Assembly (NCBI GenBank): GCA_016342645.1
Contig: JAEINX010000005.1
Location: 1 to 63,338 of the forward strand
Direction: 5' to 3'
Origin: Bacteroidales bacterium
GTDB lineage: Bacteria > Bacteroidota > Bacteroidia > Bacteroidales > JAEINX01
DNA length: 63,338 bases
How positions within the stretch are numbered: the first letter of the stretch is position 1; each line of letters begins with the position of its first letter. Shown piece by piece: positions 7,862 to 17,152 of the stretch. The translations under genes were made by a program, and so were the position numbers. Below the pieces are notes generated by a model. The model was not told the origin of the DNA. It made no database searches and saw only the letters and a list, made by a program, of their open reading frames with translations.

Positions 7862-9265
7862 TTAATTCATTGCTTCAAGAAGCGGATAAATGTTATTAAA
7901 CAAGGTAAAGATATCATGAGGAGCAATTGAGAATTTAGGATTATGAACAAGTTGATTCATTGATGTCACTGAAAGTAAACCTGTTGGTTTTGACAATTCT
8001 GAATTTGCACCATGTAAAGTTTTTACCATCCCTTGATTAGAATTGTTAACAGTAAGATGAGTAGTGACAGCTGATAACAATTGTCTGAGAGTTTTTTGCT
8101 TTGTCTTACCATTTTTTGTTTCTGCTATTGGAATAGAGTTTTCCTTACAGTAGATGTTAGCTGATATTTCAAACGTACTCCTAAGCAGAAAGCAAAACGC
8201 GATTGGATTATCCTTCACTTTTAGCTTTTTAATTTCGTCCCTTAAAGTTACAAGCTTTTGCCTGTCATTTCCTGTGGGAATAAACTTTTTTAAAGTTTGC
8301 GTTACAGTGCGTTGATCATAAATTGCATATGCTTTTGGCTTATTTGAATTTTCTTGATTTTGTGGGGTTTGGGTTGTTGAAGTCGTATTGTTTTGACTAT
8401 TTGTAGATGAGCTACTGGTATTTTGAGTTGAAGGCTGGTTAGTAGAACTTGATGGCTGACTTGTGGGTTGGTTTTGAATTATCGGAATATTATAATTTGC
8501 TGCAAAATCTGTTGATTTTGAACGAATCTCTTTGAATCCAAAAACCTTAAGTCCAACATCTCTCATAATATCTTCCAGCTCATATCGATATTTAGTTTTT
8601 TGGTAATGTTTTGCTAAATCAGCTATTGATTTATGTCCTACACGACTAATTATTTTTCTCAGAGCCTCATCCAAAACTGTCAATGGATAATCTCCGCTCC
8701 ATCTTTCCTTTTGTTGGTTTGTAATATTTTTTCCATGAGATAAATACTTTTCCAACACATCTAATGCTGGCTCGGATGCTTTTTTTTCATCTCGGTTTTG
8801 ACGCGCTTTAGCAACTGATGTCCAGGGGTCTCTGCTTGCTTTTTCACCCTTTGCATGAGTTAGATTTACAATTTTATCTACTTTATTTTTTTGCTTAATT
8901 GTATAGATGCTACATGGAATTTCTTCATTATCTTTCAGCCATGATTGATCAATATTTTCAATTTGCTTTTTAAGTGAATCAGGTAGATTGAAGCCATCTA
9001 TTTGATGAATACCATGTATTAGTTTTAATGCGGCAGTTCTACGATTACCTTCTTTTACTATATATGAGCCATCTTCTAAAATTATTAAATTTTCAGTTGG
9101 TAAATATCCATCTTCTATAATACTTTGAACAACTGCATAGAATCGGTCTGGTCCAATCGCTAACATTGCATTTATAGCGTCTTCTTCTGATTTTTGAGGA
9201 ACTGTACGGTAGTTCTTTAAATCAAGTTTTATTTTCCTAATACTTAAATATTTATTTTTAGGCAT
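7862..9265 (-). CDS. ParB/Srx-fold N-terminal domain protein with a low-complexity linker and an unassigned C-terminal domain
   Basis: KEGNRRTAALKL (GxRR ParB-box-like) after IKLDLKNYRT. ATG at 9265 is preferred over the listed GTG at 9313. The stop lies 6 nt upstream of the methylase start. Confidence 0.6.
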   Translation of the reverse strand: MPKNKYLSIRKIKLDLKNYRTVPQKSEEDAINAMLAIGPDRFYAVVQSIIEDGYLPTENLIILEDGSYIVKEGNRRTAALKLIHGIHQIDGFNLPDSLKKQIENIDQSWLKDNEEIPCSIYTIKQKNKVDKIVNLTHAKGEKASRDPWTSVAKARQNRDEKKASEPALDVLEKYLSHGKNITNQQKERWSGDYPLTVLDEALRKIISRVGHKSIADLAKHYQKTKYRYELEDIMRDVGLKVFGFKEIRSKSTDFAANYNIPIIQNQPTSQPSSSTNQPSTQNTSSSSTNSQNNTTSTTQTPQNQENSNKPKAYAIYDQRTVTQTLKKFIPTGNDRQKLVTLRDEIKKLKVKDNPIAFCFLLRSTFEISANIYCKENSIPIAETKNGKTKQKTLRQLLSAVTTHLTVNNSNQGMVKTLHGANSELSKPTGLLSVTSMNQLVHNPKFSIAPHDIFTLFNNIYPLLEAMN

Positions 9266-9459
9266 TATATTTATTTTTTGAATTTTCCAGTAAAGATTAT
9301 TTTTTATTTCCACAAATATAGAAAATTTATTTAGATATTAAAGTAAAAAAATAAAAAAGGAGGTTTTTGGCCAGCTTTTTTTAAAGGAGTTATGAGAAAA
9401 TGGTTTAGTTTAATATAGAATTATGGCCGGGTATTGGAGACCGCTCAGAGTCTTATTTA

Positions 9460-10467
9460 TTAACGGCTTTTATTTCTATAGTTTTCAATTATATCGCTAC
9501 TCACCCAATAAATATCTGTTTTACCCATTCCTGGAGATTTATGTGAGTTTACAAATTCATCTTTAATTTTTTGATAGGTTAATTTTTCACTTGATTTTTC
9601 TTTTGCTATAATATGTCTTGAGGAAAAGAAAAAATACTTGCCATCGGGATCAACCATCGGACACAATTCAGCCCCTGTTTTATTAATCTCTTTGCCCATA
9701 TTTTGAGGAATACTCCATTCACCGTCGCTATTGAATGTAATATATAAACCACTACCGGTATCTCTGCCATAGGTTCTGAAAATCATATAATCTTCATCCG
9801 GTGAAATAAAAATATCTCCTTCCCAGTATTTGTTAATCGTTTCACTTAATTTAACGCAAGGCTCAAAACTATTCCCATTGCTTTTGGCAAAATAGATGTC
9901 TCGATTATTTCCCCCACCTCTTCCCGATGAAAAGTATAAGGTTCCATCTTTTGTTAAGCTGGGATAAATATCATCAGCGTTTGAATTGATGTCCGAGTCA
10001 AGGTGTTCCGGCTTAACCCATTCCCCATTAATTTTTTCCACGCGCCAAATATCCCAATCTGTTTTGGGTGCTTGAAGGCTGTCGATGGGGCGTTTGGATA
10101 CATAATACAAATATCTTCCATCAGCAGTAATAAAGGGATCTGCTTCGGAGTATTCGCCCGAAAAACTCGCGACTTCCGGTGCTGACCATTGCTGTCCATT
10201 GTACGTCATGGACATGATCACAAAATTATTTCCTGGCATGATGACTGAGAATAAAAATTCTGTATAGTCGGGCGAAAAACAAGCATTTATTTCAGTCATC
10301 CCTGTAGACACAATATTAGGAGCAAATATTTCCGGGATAAGCCCCGGTTCATTTTGCCCTAAATATTTCCCGCTTAATACTGGAAAACTATTTTGATCAT
10401 TTTTTAATTGTTTAGTATTACATCCAAAAGCTATAATTAGCAGTAATAAAAAAAAATACTTCTTCAT
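9460..10467 (-). CDS. TolB-like (PD40/WD40-like beta-propeller) lipoprotein
   Basis: Lipobox IIAFGC. Repeated D/E..P..s.DG..l.F motifs (ADPFITADGRYLYY, IYPSLTKDGTLYFS, ISPDEDYMIF, MVDPDGKYFFF). Confidence 0.6.
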   Translation of the reverse strand: MKKYFFLLLLIIAFGCNTKQLKNDQNSFPVLSGKYLGQNEPGLIPEIFAPNIVSTGMTEINACFSPDYTEFLFSVIMPGNNFVIMSMTYNGQQWSAPEVASFSGEYSEADPFITADGRYLYYVSKRPIDSLQAPKTDWDIWRVEKINGEWVKPEHLDSDINSNADDIYPSLTKDGTLYFSSGRGGGNNRDIYFAKSNGNSFEPCVKLSETINKYWEGDIFISPDEDYMIFRTYGRDTGSGLYITFNSDGEWSIPQNMGKEINKTGAELCPMVDPDGKYFFFSSRHIIAKEKSSEKLTYQKIKDEFVNSHKSPGMGKTDIYWVSSDIIENYRNKSR

Positions 10468-11031
10468 TATGAGGGTTATTAGTTGTTTAATATTTTCTGT
10501 GTCATTTTAATTGCCGTTAACGTTTAGTATTTTATAAATCGTCCCCCCAAAAGTAATGAAAGAAACTGAAACGTCAAGAATAAATTTGAAATTATTGGTA
10601 ATAAAACACTAAGGGGGATGATTTATAAAATTATGTGTGTGCCCGGCATAAGCGTATGCACACACCTTTCTCATAGTGTTGAAAAATTTCAAAAATACAA
10701 ATAAATTTCAAACAGTAGATACTGCAGGAATTGAACGAAGGAAAACGCTTTTATCCCGATAAAAAATCGGGACAGGCTCTGGGGAGGTCTCGGAATAGAT
10801 TAGTTTTCTATATGCCGAGAAGTCAGCAGAAGTCATATTAGTTGTCGGAAACGAGCCGCAAATAGAGACTGTGGATGGCCTCACAAAGCAGCGAAGGACA
10901 GAACTTTAAATTGTTGTAAATTCCTAATGGAGGTTTATCTCTTTATTGGGATACCAGCCTTTCGAAAGAGTAACAGGAAACAATGGTTTCTCCCAATTGT
11001 AGAAATTATCCGCTGTTTCCCATGTTAGAGA

Positions 11032-11061
11032 ACCGCTAAGTCCGTACGGACGCTTAGTGGT
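11032..11061 (+). repeat. GC-rich hairpin sharing its ACCGCTAAGT / GTCCGTACG segments with the dispersed repeat family
   Basis: accgctaagtccgtacggacgcttagtggt forms a 9-bp plus 3-bp stem. The same ACCGCTAAGT precedes the copy at 46967, and GTCCGTACG ends the copy at 46679. Confidence 0.5.
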
Positions 11062-11384
11062 GTGAGAGGTGCACTGGCGGTCAAATGACTGTCAGCCGCC
11101 TACTCGATTCAATATTCGATATTATTTTGTAACTATTTAGGTGATTTTAAATATCAGCTTATGTGAATTTTCACGCAAAGGCCGCAGCAACATTCGCAAA
11201 AATTGCAAAGTCTATGACCTTGCAAATTAATTCTTTGTCTATTTAGTATGAAATTTTATATGTCTGTTTATTAGGCAACATTGCTACCTAAATAATTATT
11301 GATAAATTATAAATACCAATTCAGAAAAGTTTCATATCCCGAAATACGTTAAACTAAAAATGTAAATTATCCGGCTTTTAGTGA

Positions 11385-13148
11385 TTAAAAAAGTCTATCA
11401 ATTTCTGCTTTGTATTTTTTATAAATAAACTGTCTTTTAAGTTTTAAGCTGGCAGTTAATTCTCCGGTCTCAACAGTCCATGGAGTGTCGAGAAGTTCAA
11501 AACTCATAATTTGTTCAGTTTTACCAAATGCAGAATTACAAGTATCAATTTCTCTTTGGAAGCGTTTTTTGATTATCTGATTAACAAGCATTTCCCGGTT
11601 AGAAGAATATTTGATTTCTTTCACATGGCACCATGAACGTAAATGATCAAAATTAGGAACAACTAATGCGGCTGCATATTTTTGATTCTCACCCAAAACA
11701 AAAATTACATCAATAAAAGGAGATTCTTTAAATTTATTTTCAATTAATTGCGGGCTAATATATTTTCCGAGTGAGGTTTTAAAGATTTCTTTTTTACGGC
11801 CTGTTATTCGTAATTGGCCGGTTTCTTCAATATTTCCAATATCACCGGTATGAAACCAACCATCTTTGTCAATAGCTTGTTTAGTGAGTTTAGGGTCTTT
11901 ATAATAGCCTAACATTAAATTCGGGCCTTTACACAATATTTCACCATCCTCGGCAATTTTAACTTTAACATCTTTTAAAATCGGGCCGACAGTTCCAAAT
12001 TTAATACCGTTTTTCCAGAAATTACTTACAGCAATAACAGGAGAAGTTTCGGTTAATCCGTAACCCTCGAGAACAGGTATTCCGGCAGCAGTAAATATTC
12101 TGGCCAATCTTGGTTGAATAGCTGCACCCCCGGAAACCATGACTTGGAAATTTCCCCCAAGGGCTTCCTGCCATTTTTTAAATACTAATTTTTTCGCAAT
12201 TTTTAATTTATATTCATACAACCAACCGTTGGCACCGTCAAGCTCGTATCTCAAACCTAAATCCACCGACCAGAAGAAAATCATCTTTTTTATCCCTTTC
12301 AACTTTCTTCCTTTAGCTATTATTTTATCATATACTTTTTCTAATAATCTTGGAACCGTTGACATAATTTCAGGCTTGATTTCTTTAATATTATCTACTA
12401 TAGTACCAAGATTTTCAGCATAATAAATTGAAACTCCAATATAATGAAAAAGATAATTGAGCATTCGTTCATAAACATGGCAAAGCGGAAGATAACTGAT
12501 TGATTTGCCTTCTTCTCCCACGGGAGGAATTTTAGAAACGGCTTTAAAATTGCTTATAATGTTATTGTGAGACAACATAACACCTTTTGGGTTTCCGGTA
12601 GTGCCTGAAGTATAAATTAGTGTGGCAATTTCTTTAGGTTTTATGCTTGCCTTAATTGATTCAAGCTTCTTAGATTCGGGATTTTGCTTACCAAGTTCGA
12701 TCAACTCGCTCAAGTGCTTAACCCCTTCATGTTCTTTAAAAGTGTATAAACCTTTTAAGGTTGGAATATCCGGTAAAATATGCTCAATTTTCCTTAAAAG
12801 TTCTTTTCCGGCAACAAAAACATATTTTACTTCTGCATGATTCAAAATATATTGATAGTCGGATTCGCTAATAGTCGGATATATGGGAACATGGATGGCT
12901 CCTGTTTGCAAAATTCCCATATCAATAAAATTCCATTCGGGTCGGTTATTGGAAATAGTAGCAATATTATCGCCCTTTTTTACTCCGAGTTTTAATAAAC
13001 CGTAACTAATATCATTAACAATTTCAATATATTGGTCAATATTATATTTGACCCATTCACCATTCTCTTTTCCGGCAACAACATCATTTTTAGGTTTGAA
13101 TTTTTTTTTATATCTTGTAAGTAAATCAAATATTCTGGTAACTTCCAT
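11385..13148 (-). CDS. long-chain fatty acid-CoA ligase (AMP-dependent synthetase)
   Basis: AMP-binding signature LIYTSGTTGNPKGVMLSH, plus GYGLTETS and TGDIG motifs. 587 aa. Confidence 0.85.
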   Translation of the reverse strand: MEVTRIFDLLTRYKKKFKPKNDVVAGKENGEWVKYNIDQYIEIVNDISYGLLKLGVKKGDNIATISNNRPEWNFIDMGILQTGAIHVPIYPTISESDYQYILNHAEVKYVFVAGKELLRKIEHILPDIPTLKGLYTFKEHEGVKHLSELIELGKQNPESKKLESIKASIKPKEIATLIYTSGTTGNPKGVMLSHNNIISNFKAVSKIPPVGEEGKSISYLPLCHVYERMLNYLFHYIGVSIYYAENLGTIVDNIKEIKPEIMSTVPRLLEKVYDKIIAKGRKLKGIKKMIFFWSVDLGLRYELDGANGWLYEYKLKIAKKLVFKKWQEALGGNFQVMVSGGAAIQPRLARIFTAAGIPVLEGYGLTETSPVIAVSNFWKNGIKFGTVGPILKDVKVKIAEDGEILCKGPNLMLGYYKDPKLTKQAIDKDGWFHTGDIGNIEETGQLRITGRKKEIFKTSLGKYISPQLIENKFKESPFIDVIFVLGENQKYAAALVVPNFDHLRSWCHVKEIKYSSNREMLVNQIIKKRFQREIDTCNSAFGKTEQIMSFELLDTPWTVETGELTASLKLKRQFIYKKYKAEIDRLF

Positions 13149-13288
13149 ATTTATTATTTTTTATTTTTCAAGATCGCGTGCAATTATATAAAAAAAACCT
13201 GAACAATAATCACAGTAATTAAAAATTTCAAAACAGTTGTTCGTTTTTATACCATAATTTAAATCATAAAATTTTCATTTTTATTATT

Positions 13289-14488
13289 TTATTGATCATA
13301 TTGAACGAGGAAATTCCTCATTTTATCCAAATCATTAATTGATGTTTTAGAAAAAGAAAATTCATTAAAATTTATGTCAAGCTTCTCAAGTTCTTTTTTG
13401 TCATAGAAATTATTTACATAAGAAATTAAATTTTCTTCATCCGATAAAATATTTTCCTTTTGCTTTGATTTTAAAAATTGAAGAATTCTCAGGCCATCAA
13501 CCTTGTTTTCACATGCTTTAACGAATTGATTTTTGGTTTTAAAATTTTTCCTCAAGGGTTGCCATAAGTCTAATGTTTTAAATTGGGCTTGCAAAAACTT
13601 TGTCATGGGGGTTGCAATTTCTTCGGTGAATAGTTTTGGGAAAAGATCGAAAGTCAGTTTAACTTCATCAAAAAACTTATAATTATAAATCGGATATGAT
13701 GACCAATCACCTCTGCTACCTTTAATCATTGCGGGGCCAGTTCCAAAAAAAACTCTATCGGAAAACCTGGCTGCCGGATTGACTTTTTCGGGATTCCGAC
13801 TAAGAATATCACCTGTTTTACATAATTTTTGAAGGAAATAAAAATCTTCACCGCTTTTATGAGGAGTTATTCCACCGATTCGGCGATATGATTTTACGGG
13901 CAGAACAATTGCCGAGCCAAGTGCCGTAAAATTATATGGATTATTTATTCTTTTAAGATTAATGGAATAATATCTCATATAAATCTCGTAATGCAAAATA
14001 GCGCGGTTTGCAAGTTCATCATCGACAAGCTTATGATAATAAGGTACTGAAAGTGCTATGATTTCGGGATTGGAATTGAAGTTGTCAATTAAGGATGAAA
14101 AATAATTTTTAGAAAAGCGAGTATCGGCATCAAGACTAACAATCAAATCATTATCATCGGCCTTTTCACTGATTCTGTCCATACAATGTTTTCTGGCCCA
14201 ACCGACACCAAACTTTTTACCTTTCCAAGCATTTCCACGGCTACTCTTATCGATGATAGTAATCGGAAAATCCAAGGTTTCTTTTAATAAATTTATAGTT
14301 AGATTATTGTTTTTGCAAATATTTATTTTTTTTTCGTCATTCCAAAAATCCTCAGGCTGGTTTACGCAAACAAATAACTCAAAATTCTTGAAAGTCTGGG
14401 CACGAATGTCAGAAATAAATACAGGCATATTTTCCGCCTCATTCATGGCAGGAAGGGCAATAAAGATTTTTTGTTTTAAAGATTTCAT
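13289..14488 (-). CDS. family 2 glycosyltransferase-like protein
   Basis: N-terminal IFIALPAMNEAENM and LIVSLDADT (DxD) in a GT-A-like arrangement. Confidence 0.6.
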   Translation of the reverse strand: MKSLKQKIFIALPAMNEAENMPVFISDIRAQTFKNFELFVCVNQPEDFWNDEKKINICKNNNLTINLLKETLDFPITIIDKSSRGNAWKGKKFGVGWARKHCMDRISEKADDNDLIVSLDADTRFSKNYFSSLIDNFNSNPEIIALSVPYYHKLVDDELANRAILHYEIYMRYYSINLKRINNPYNFTALGSAIVLPVKSYRRIGGITPHKSGEDFYFLQKLCKTGDILSRNPEKVNPAARFSDRVFFGTGPAMIKGSRGDWSSYPIYNYKFFDEVKLTFDLFPKLFTEEIATPMTKFLQAQFKTLDLWQPLRKNFKTKNQFVKACENKVDGLRILQFLKSKQKENILSDEENLISYVNNFYDKKELEKLDINFNEFSFSKTSINDLDKMRNFLVQYDQ

Positions 14489-14525
14489 GTTTAGGCCTTA
14501 TTTATTAAGGGCTAAGGATTGGTGC

Positions 14526-14921
14526 TTATTCTTTTAAAAGGTTTTCAATATTTTGAATAAATTCAACCATTTCATTGTGCATGATAGAAACTTCAATAAA
14601 TTCAAATGTTACAAATGCATCATAATCACCTTTTGTTCTATTTTTAAAGGAATTCCTAAGTATTTTACCAAATCGTTTATCTATCAAACCTGTTGCTATA
14701 AAATCTTTATTAAACCATCCTAATAATTGAGAATGTTTAGAAGTCTCGAATTTGTGTTTTATGGCTAAAGCTGTTATAGCATAAAATAATCCATAATAAA
14801 TTCTATTAACAGCGACAGATAATTTATTCGAATCAATTAAAAACTTGGCTAAATCAATTGTATCATTTGCTTGTCCAATTCTGTATTTAATTAATGATTC
14901 CCTATCTTGCTCATTAATCAT
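14526..14921 (-). CDS. HEPN-domain protein (toxin of a HEPN-MNT pair)
   Basis: Small helical protein. The C-terminal NRTKGDYD resembles the HEPN R..(x)..DY motif. 4-nt overlap with the upstream MNT gene. Confidence 0.75.
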   Translation of the reverse strand: MINEQDRESLIKYRIGQANDTIDLAKFLIDSNKLSVAVNRIYYGLFYAITALAIKHKFETSKHSQLLGWFNKDFIATGLIDKRFGKILRNSFKNRTKGDYDAFVTFEFIEVSIMHNEMVEFIQNIENLLKE

Positions 14922-15241
14922 GCGTAATACCCCTTTGATAATGCGTTAATAAAAATTGGTTGTCTTCCTCTTGGAGAATTTAATTCTGATTCACTTAAAA
15001 CATGTGTATCTGTTAATATCCCGTATTTTAAGTCTATATCATAGCATATATCAGATATTTCTCGTTCTAATTTCCAATCCGCTTTTTGTTTTAATATTAT
15101 AAGAATGTCATAATCTGAATCTTTTGATACGCCATCGGTTAATTGCGAACCAAATAAAATTAATTCGGATAATTTATCCTTAAATCTTTCGGATAAACTG
15201 ATTTTTAAATCTGTTAATATTTTAATTTTTTCTTCATTCAT
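14918..15241 (-). CDS. minimal nucleotidyltransferase (MNT antitoxin partner)
   Basis: LFGSQLTDGVSKDSDYDILII is the GS..(n)..DxD nucleotidyltransferase signature. Start taken at the internal MNEEKI. Confidence 0.75.
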   Translation of the reverse strand: MNEEKIKILTDLKISLSERFKDKLSELILFGSQLTDGVSKDSDYDILIILKQKADWKLEREISDICYDIDLKYGILTDTHVLSESELNSPRGRQPIFINALSKGYYA

Positions 15242-15353
15242 TATGAATAAACTTTTATACAAAGATAAAAATTAAATTCAAATTAATTTTCACTTGCTTA
15301 TAACTTGATGAGACAGATTCTCAAAGTTTTGGAACACTTATTTTTCTCAGACT

Positions 15354-16976
15354 TTAATTATCTGATATCTGAAGCTCCTCAAATAATTCATCATTATTAA
15401 TAATTTCCACAGCCTTCAAATATCCGTCGTCAACCTCTGTAATTACTTCAAAATAGGCATCCATATCCCAGAAATTTCTTGCAATTAAAGCTTTAAGTTG
15501 ATGTTTTATGAAAGTTTCGGAACTTTTATATCCTTCTTCATCTAAATCAACCCCTTCTTTTTCTGCATGTTTAAAAAACTTATCCATTAGCTTTTCATCA
15601 ATAGAAAAGTTTTCATTAAATGAATCAAATGTCGGATATTCTTTTTCAATTTTTTTTCTGTTATTGTCAACATAAGTGAGCGTAAAGCTATTCAAAACTC
15701 CTTTTCTTATGAGATCGGAATAGTAATCGGAAATGCGAGTGGAATCCCAAGGAATAAAGATATCGGGCATAATGCCACCGCCGCCGTAAACAAGTCTGTT
15801 TTTTGAAGTATAATATTTTAATGAGTCAGGAAAATGAATACTGTCTTCATGTATCAATTCGCCATTTTCCAAACGTTTTCTAAGGTCTGCCAGATAACTC
15901 TCTGTTCCATCGTCATAAGGTTTTTGAATACAACGGCCTGTCGGAGTATAATATCTTGCGGTCGTAAGTCTGATAACCGAGCCATCGGGAAGCCGAAACG
16001 GACGTTGAACCAAGCCTTTCCCAAACGATCGCCTTCCAACAATAATTCCTCTGTCCCAATCCTGAACAGCACCCGAAACAATTTCGCTTGCAGAAGCCGA
16101 GCCTTCGTTAATCATCACAATTAATTTCCCATCTTTAAATTCACCTTCGGCGGTTGATTTAAATTCTTGTAGAGGGCTTTTCAAACCTTTTGTAAAAACA
16201 ATTAATTTATCAGAATTTAAAAACTCATCGGAAAGTTTTACGGCAATATCTAAGTAACCACCGGTGTTTCCTCTTAGATCAAGGATAAGGTTTTTCATTC
16301 CCTGAGTTCTTAACTCGCTCAAGGACTCATGGAACTCATCCATAGAGGTACGTGAAAAACGATTTAATTTAATATATCCGGTTTCGGGATCGGCCATAAA
16401 TGTTGCATCAATACTGTTTATAGGTATTTTATCGCGGGTAATTGAATAATCAATCAATTCCTTTTTTCCTTTACGATAAATTGAAACATCGACAACGGTT
16501 CCTTTTTTTCCTCTGAGCCTTTCAAAAACATAATTATTATCAATTTTTGATCCGGTGGCATCTTCACCATTTATTTTAACAATTTTATCACCAGACAATA
16601 TTCCAAGCTTATCAGAAGGCCCTCCCGGAACAGGGGCAATAACAAGAATTGTGTCTTTAAATAATTGAAAAGAAACACCTATTCCTTCAAAATTCCCAAC
16701 CAGTGGTTCGTTAGCTTTGTCGATATCTTCTTTAGAAATATATGCTGAGTGTGGGTCTAATTCCTTAAGAGTTTCTATTATTGCATTTTCTATCAAATCG
16801 GGTTCATCAATACTGTCAACATAAGCAAAACGAATTATTTGCATAGCCGTAGCCATTTTTTTCATAGTTTTATTTGGGTCTTCATTTTGTGAGAAAACAT
16901 TATTGGTGCTAAAAAAAAACGCTATGATCGTTAATATTATGGTGAAACTAAAAATTGTATTATTGTATTTTTTCAT
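15354..16976 (-). CDS. S41 family carboxy-terminal processing peptidase
   Basis: PDZ-like segment (GILSGDKIVKING), a tail-specific protease core (LILDLRGNTGGY, INEGSASASEI), and an N-terminal signal anchor. Confidence 0.85.
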   Translation of the reverse strand: MKKYNNTIFSFTIILTIIAFFFSTNNVFSQNEDPNKTMKKMATAMQIIRFAYVDSIDEPDLIENAIIETLKELDPHSAYISKEDIDKANEPLVGNFEGIGVSFQLFKDTILVIAPVPGGPSDKLGILSGDKIVKINGEDATGSKIDNNYVFERLRGKKGTVVDVSIYRKGKKELIDYSITRDKIPINSIDATFMADPETGYIKLNRFSRTSMDEFHESLSELRTQGMKNLILDLRGNTGGYLDIAVKLSDEFLNSDKLIVFTKGLKSPLQEFKSTAEGEFKDGKLIVMINEGSASASEIVSGAVQDWDRGIIVGRRSFGKGLVQRPFRLPDGSVIRLTTARYYTPTGRCIQKPYDDGTESYLADLRKRLENGELIHEDSIHFPDSLKYYTSKNRLVYGGGGIMPDIFIPWDSTRISDYYSDLIRKGVLNSFTLTYVDNNRKKIEKEYPTFDSFNENFSIDEKLMDKFFKHAEKEGVDLDEEGYKSSETFIKHQLKALIARNFWDMDAYFEVITEVDDGYLKAVEIINNDELFEELQISDN

Positions 16977-17152
16977 ATGTTAAATTATTATCAATTTTTA
17001 TTGAATTTATTAAGTATGGTTCAAATTATGTCCAAATCTAAGAGAAAAAACGATTAGAATGGAAATAACTTATCTTTTTTTAATGTTAAATTTTGTTAAA
17101 AGTCATCTGCACTTCGATTGTGAAATTCGAAATTGTCTTTTTCCGACAGGCG

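Noticed and set aside
10633-11105. Possible ORF-less group II (class C-like) intron. GTGTG occurs near 10635. The hairpin at 11032-11061 has a CGC/GUG triad-like lower stem with a G-U pair and a 2-nt bulge on the 3' strand, resembling domain V.
   Set aside because: The upper helix is only 3 bp, with a GUAC loop rather than GNRA. The triad-to-bulge spacing is one pair short of canonical domain V. The total length is short, and there is no reverse transcriptase ORF or clear domain VI. The hairpin also shares sequence with the dispersed repeat family. It is kept only as an unclassified structured region.
10600-11110. tmRNA, SRP RNA or a cobalamin riboswitch in the long intergenic gap. There is an AGCCGCAAATAG resemblance to the tmRNA PK1/resume region and a GGAAACGAGCCGC resemblance to SRP domain IV.
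   Set aside because: There is no tRNA-like 3' end (T-loop GGTTCRAnnCC plus CCA context) on either strand. No tag-like reading frame ends in ALAA. There is no B12 box. The resemblances are short and partial.
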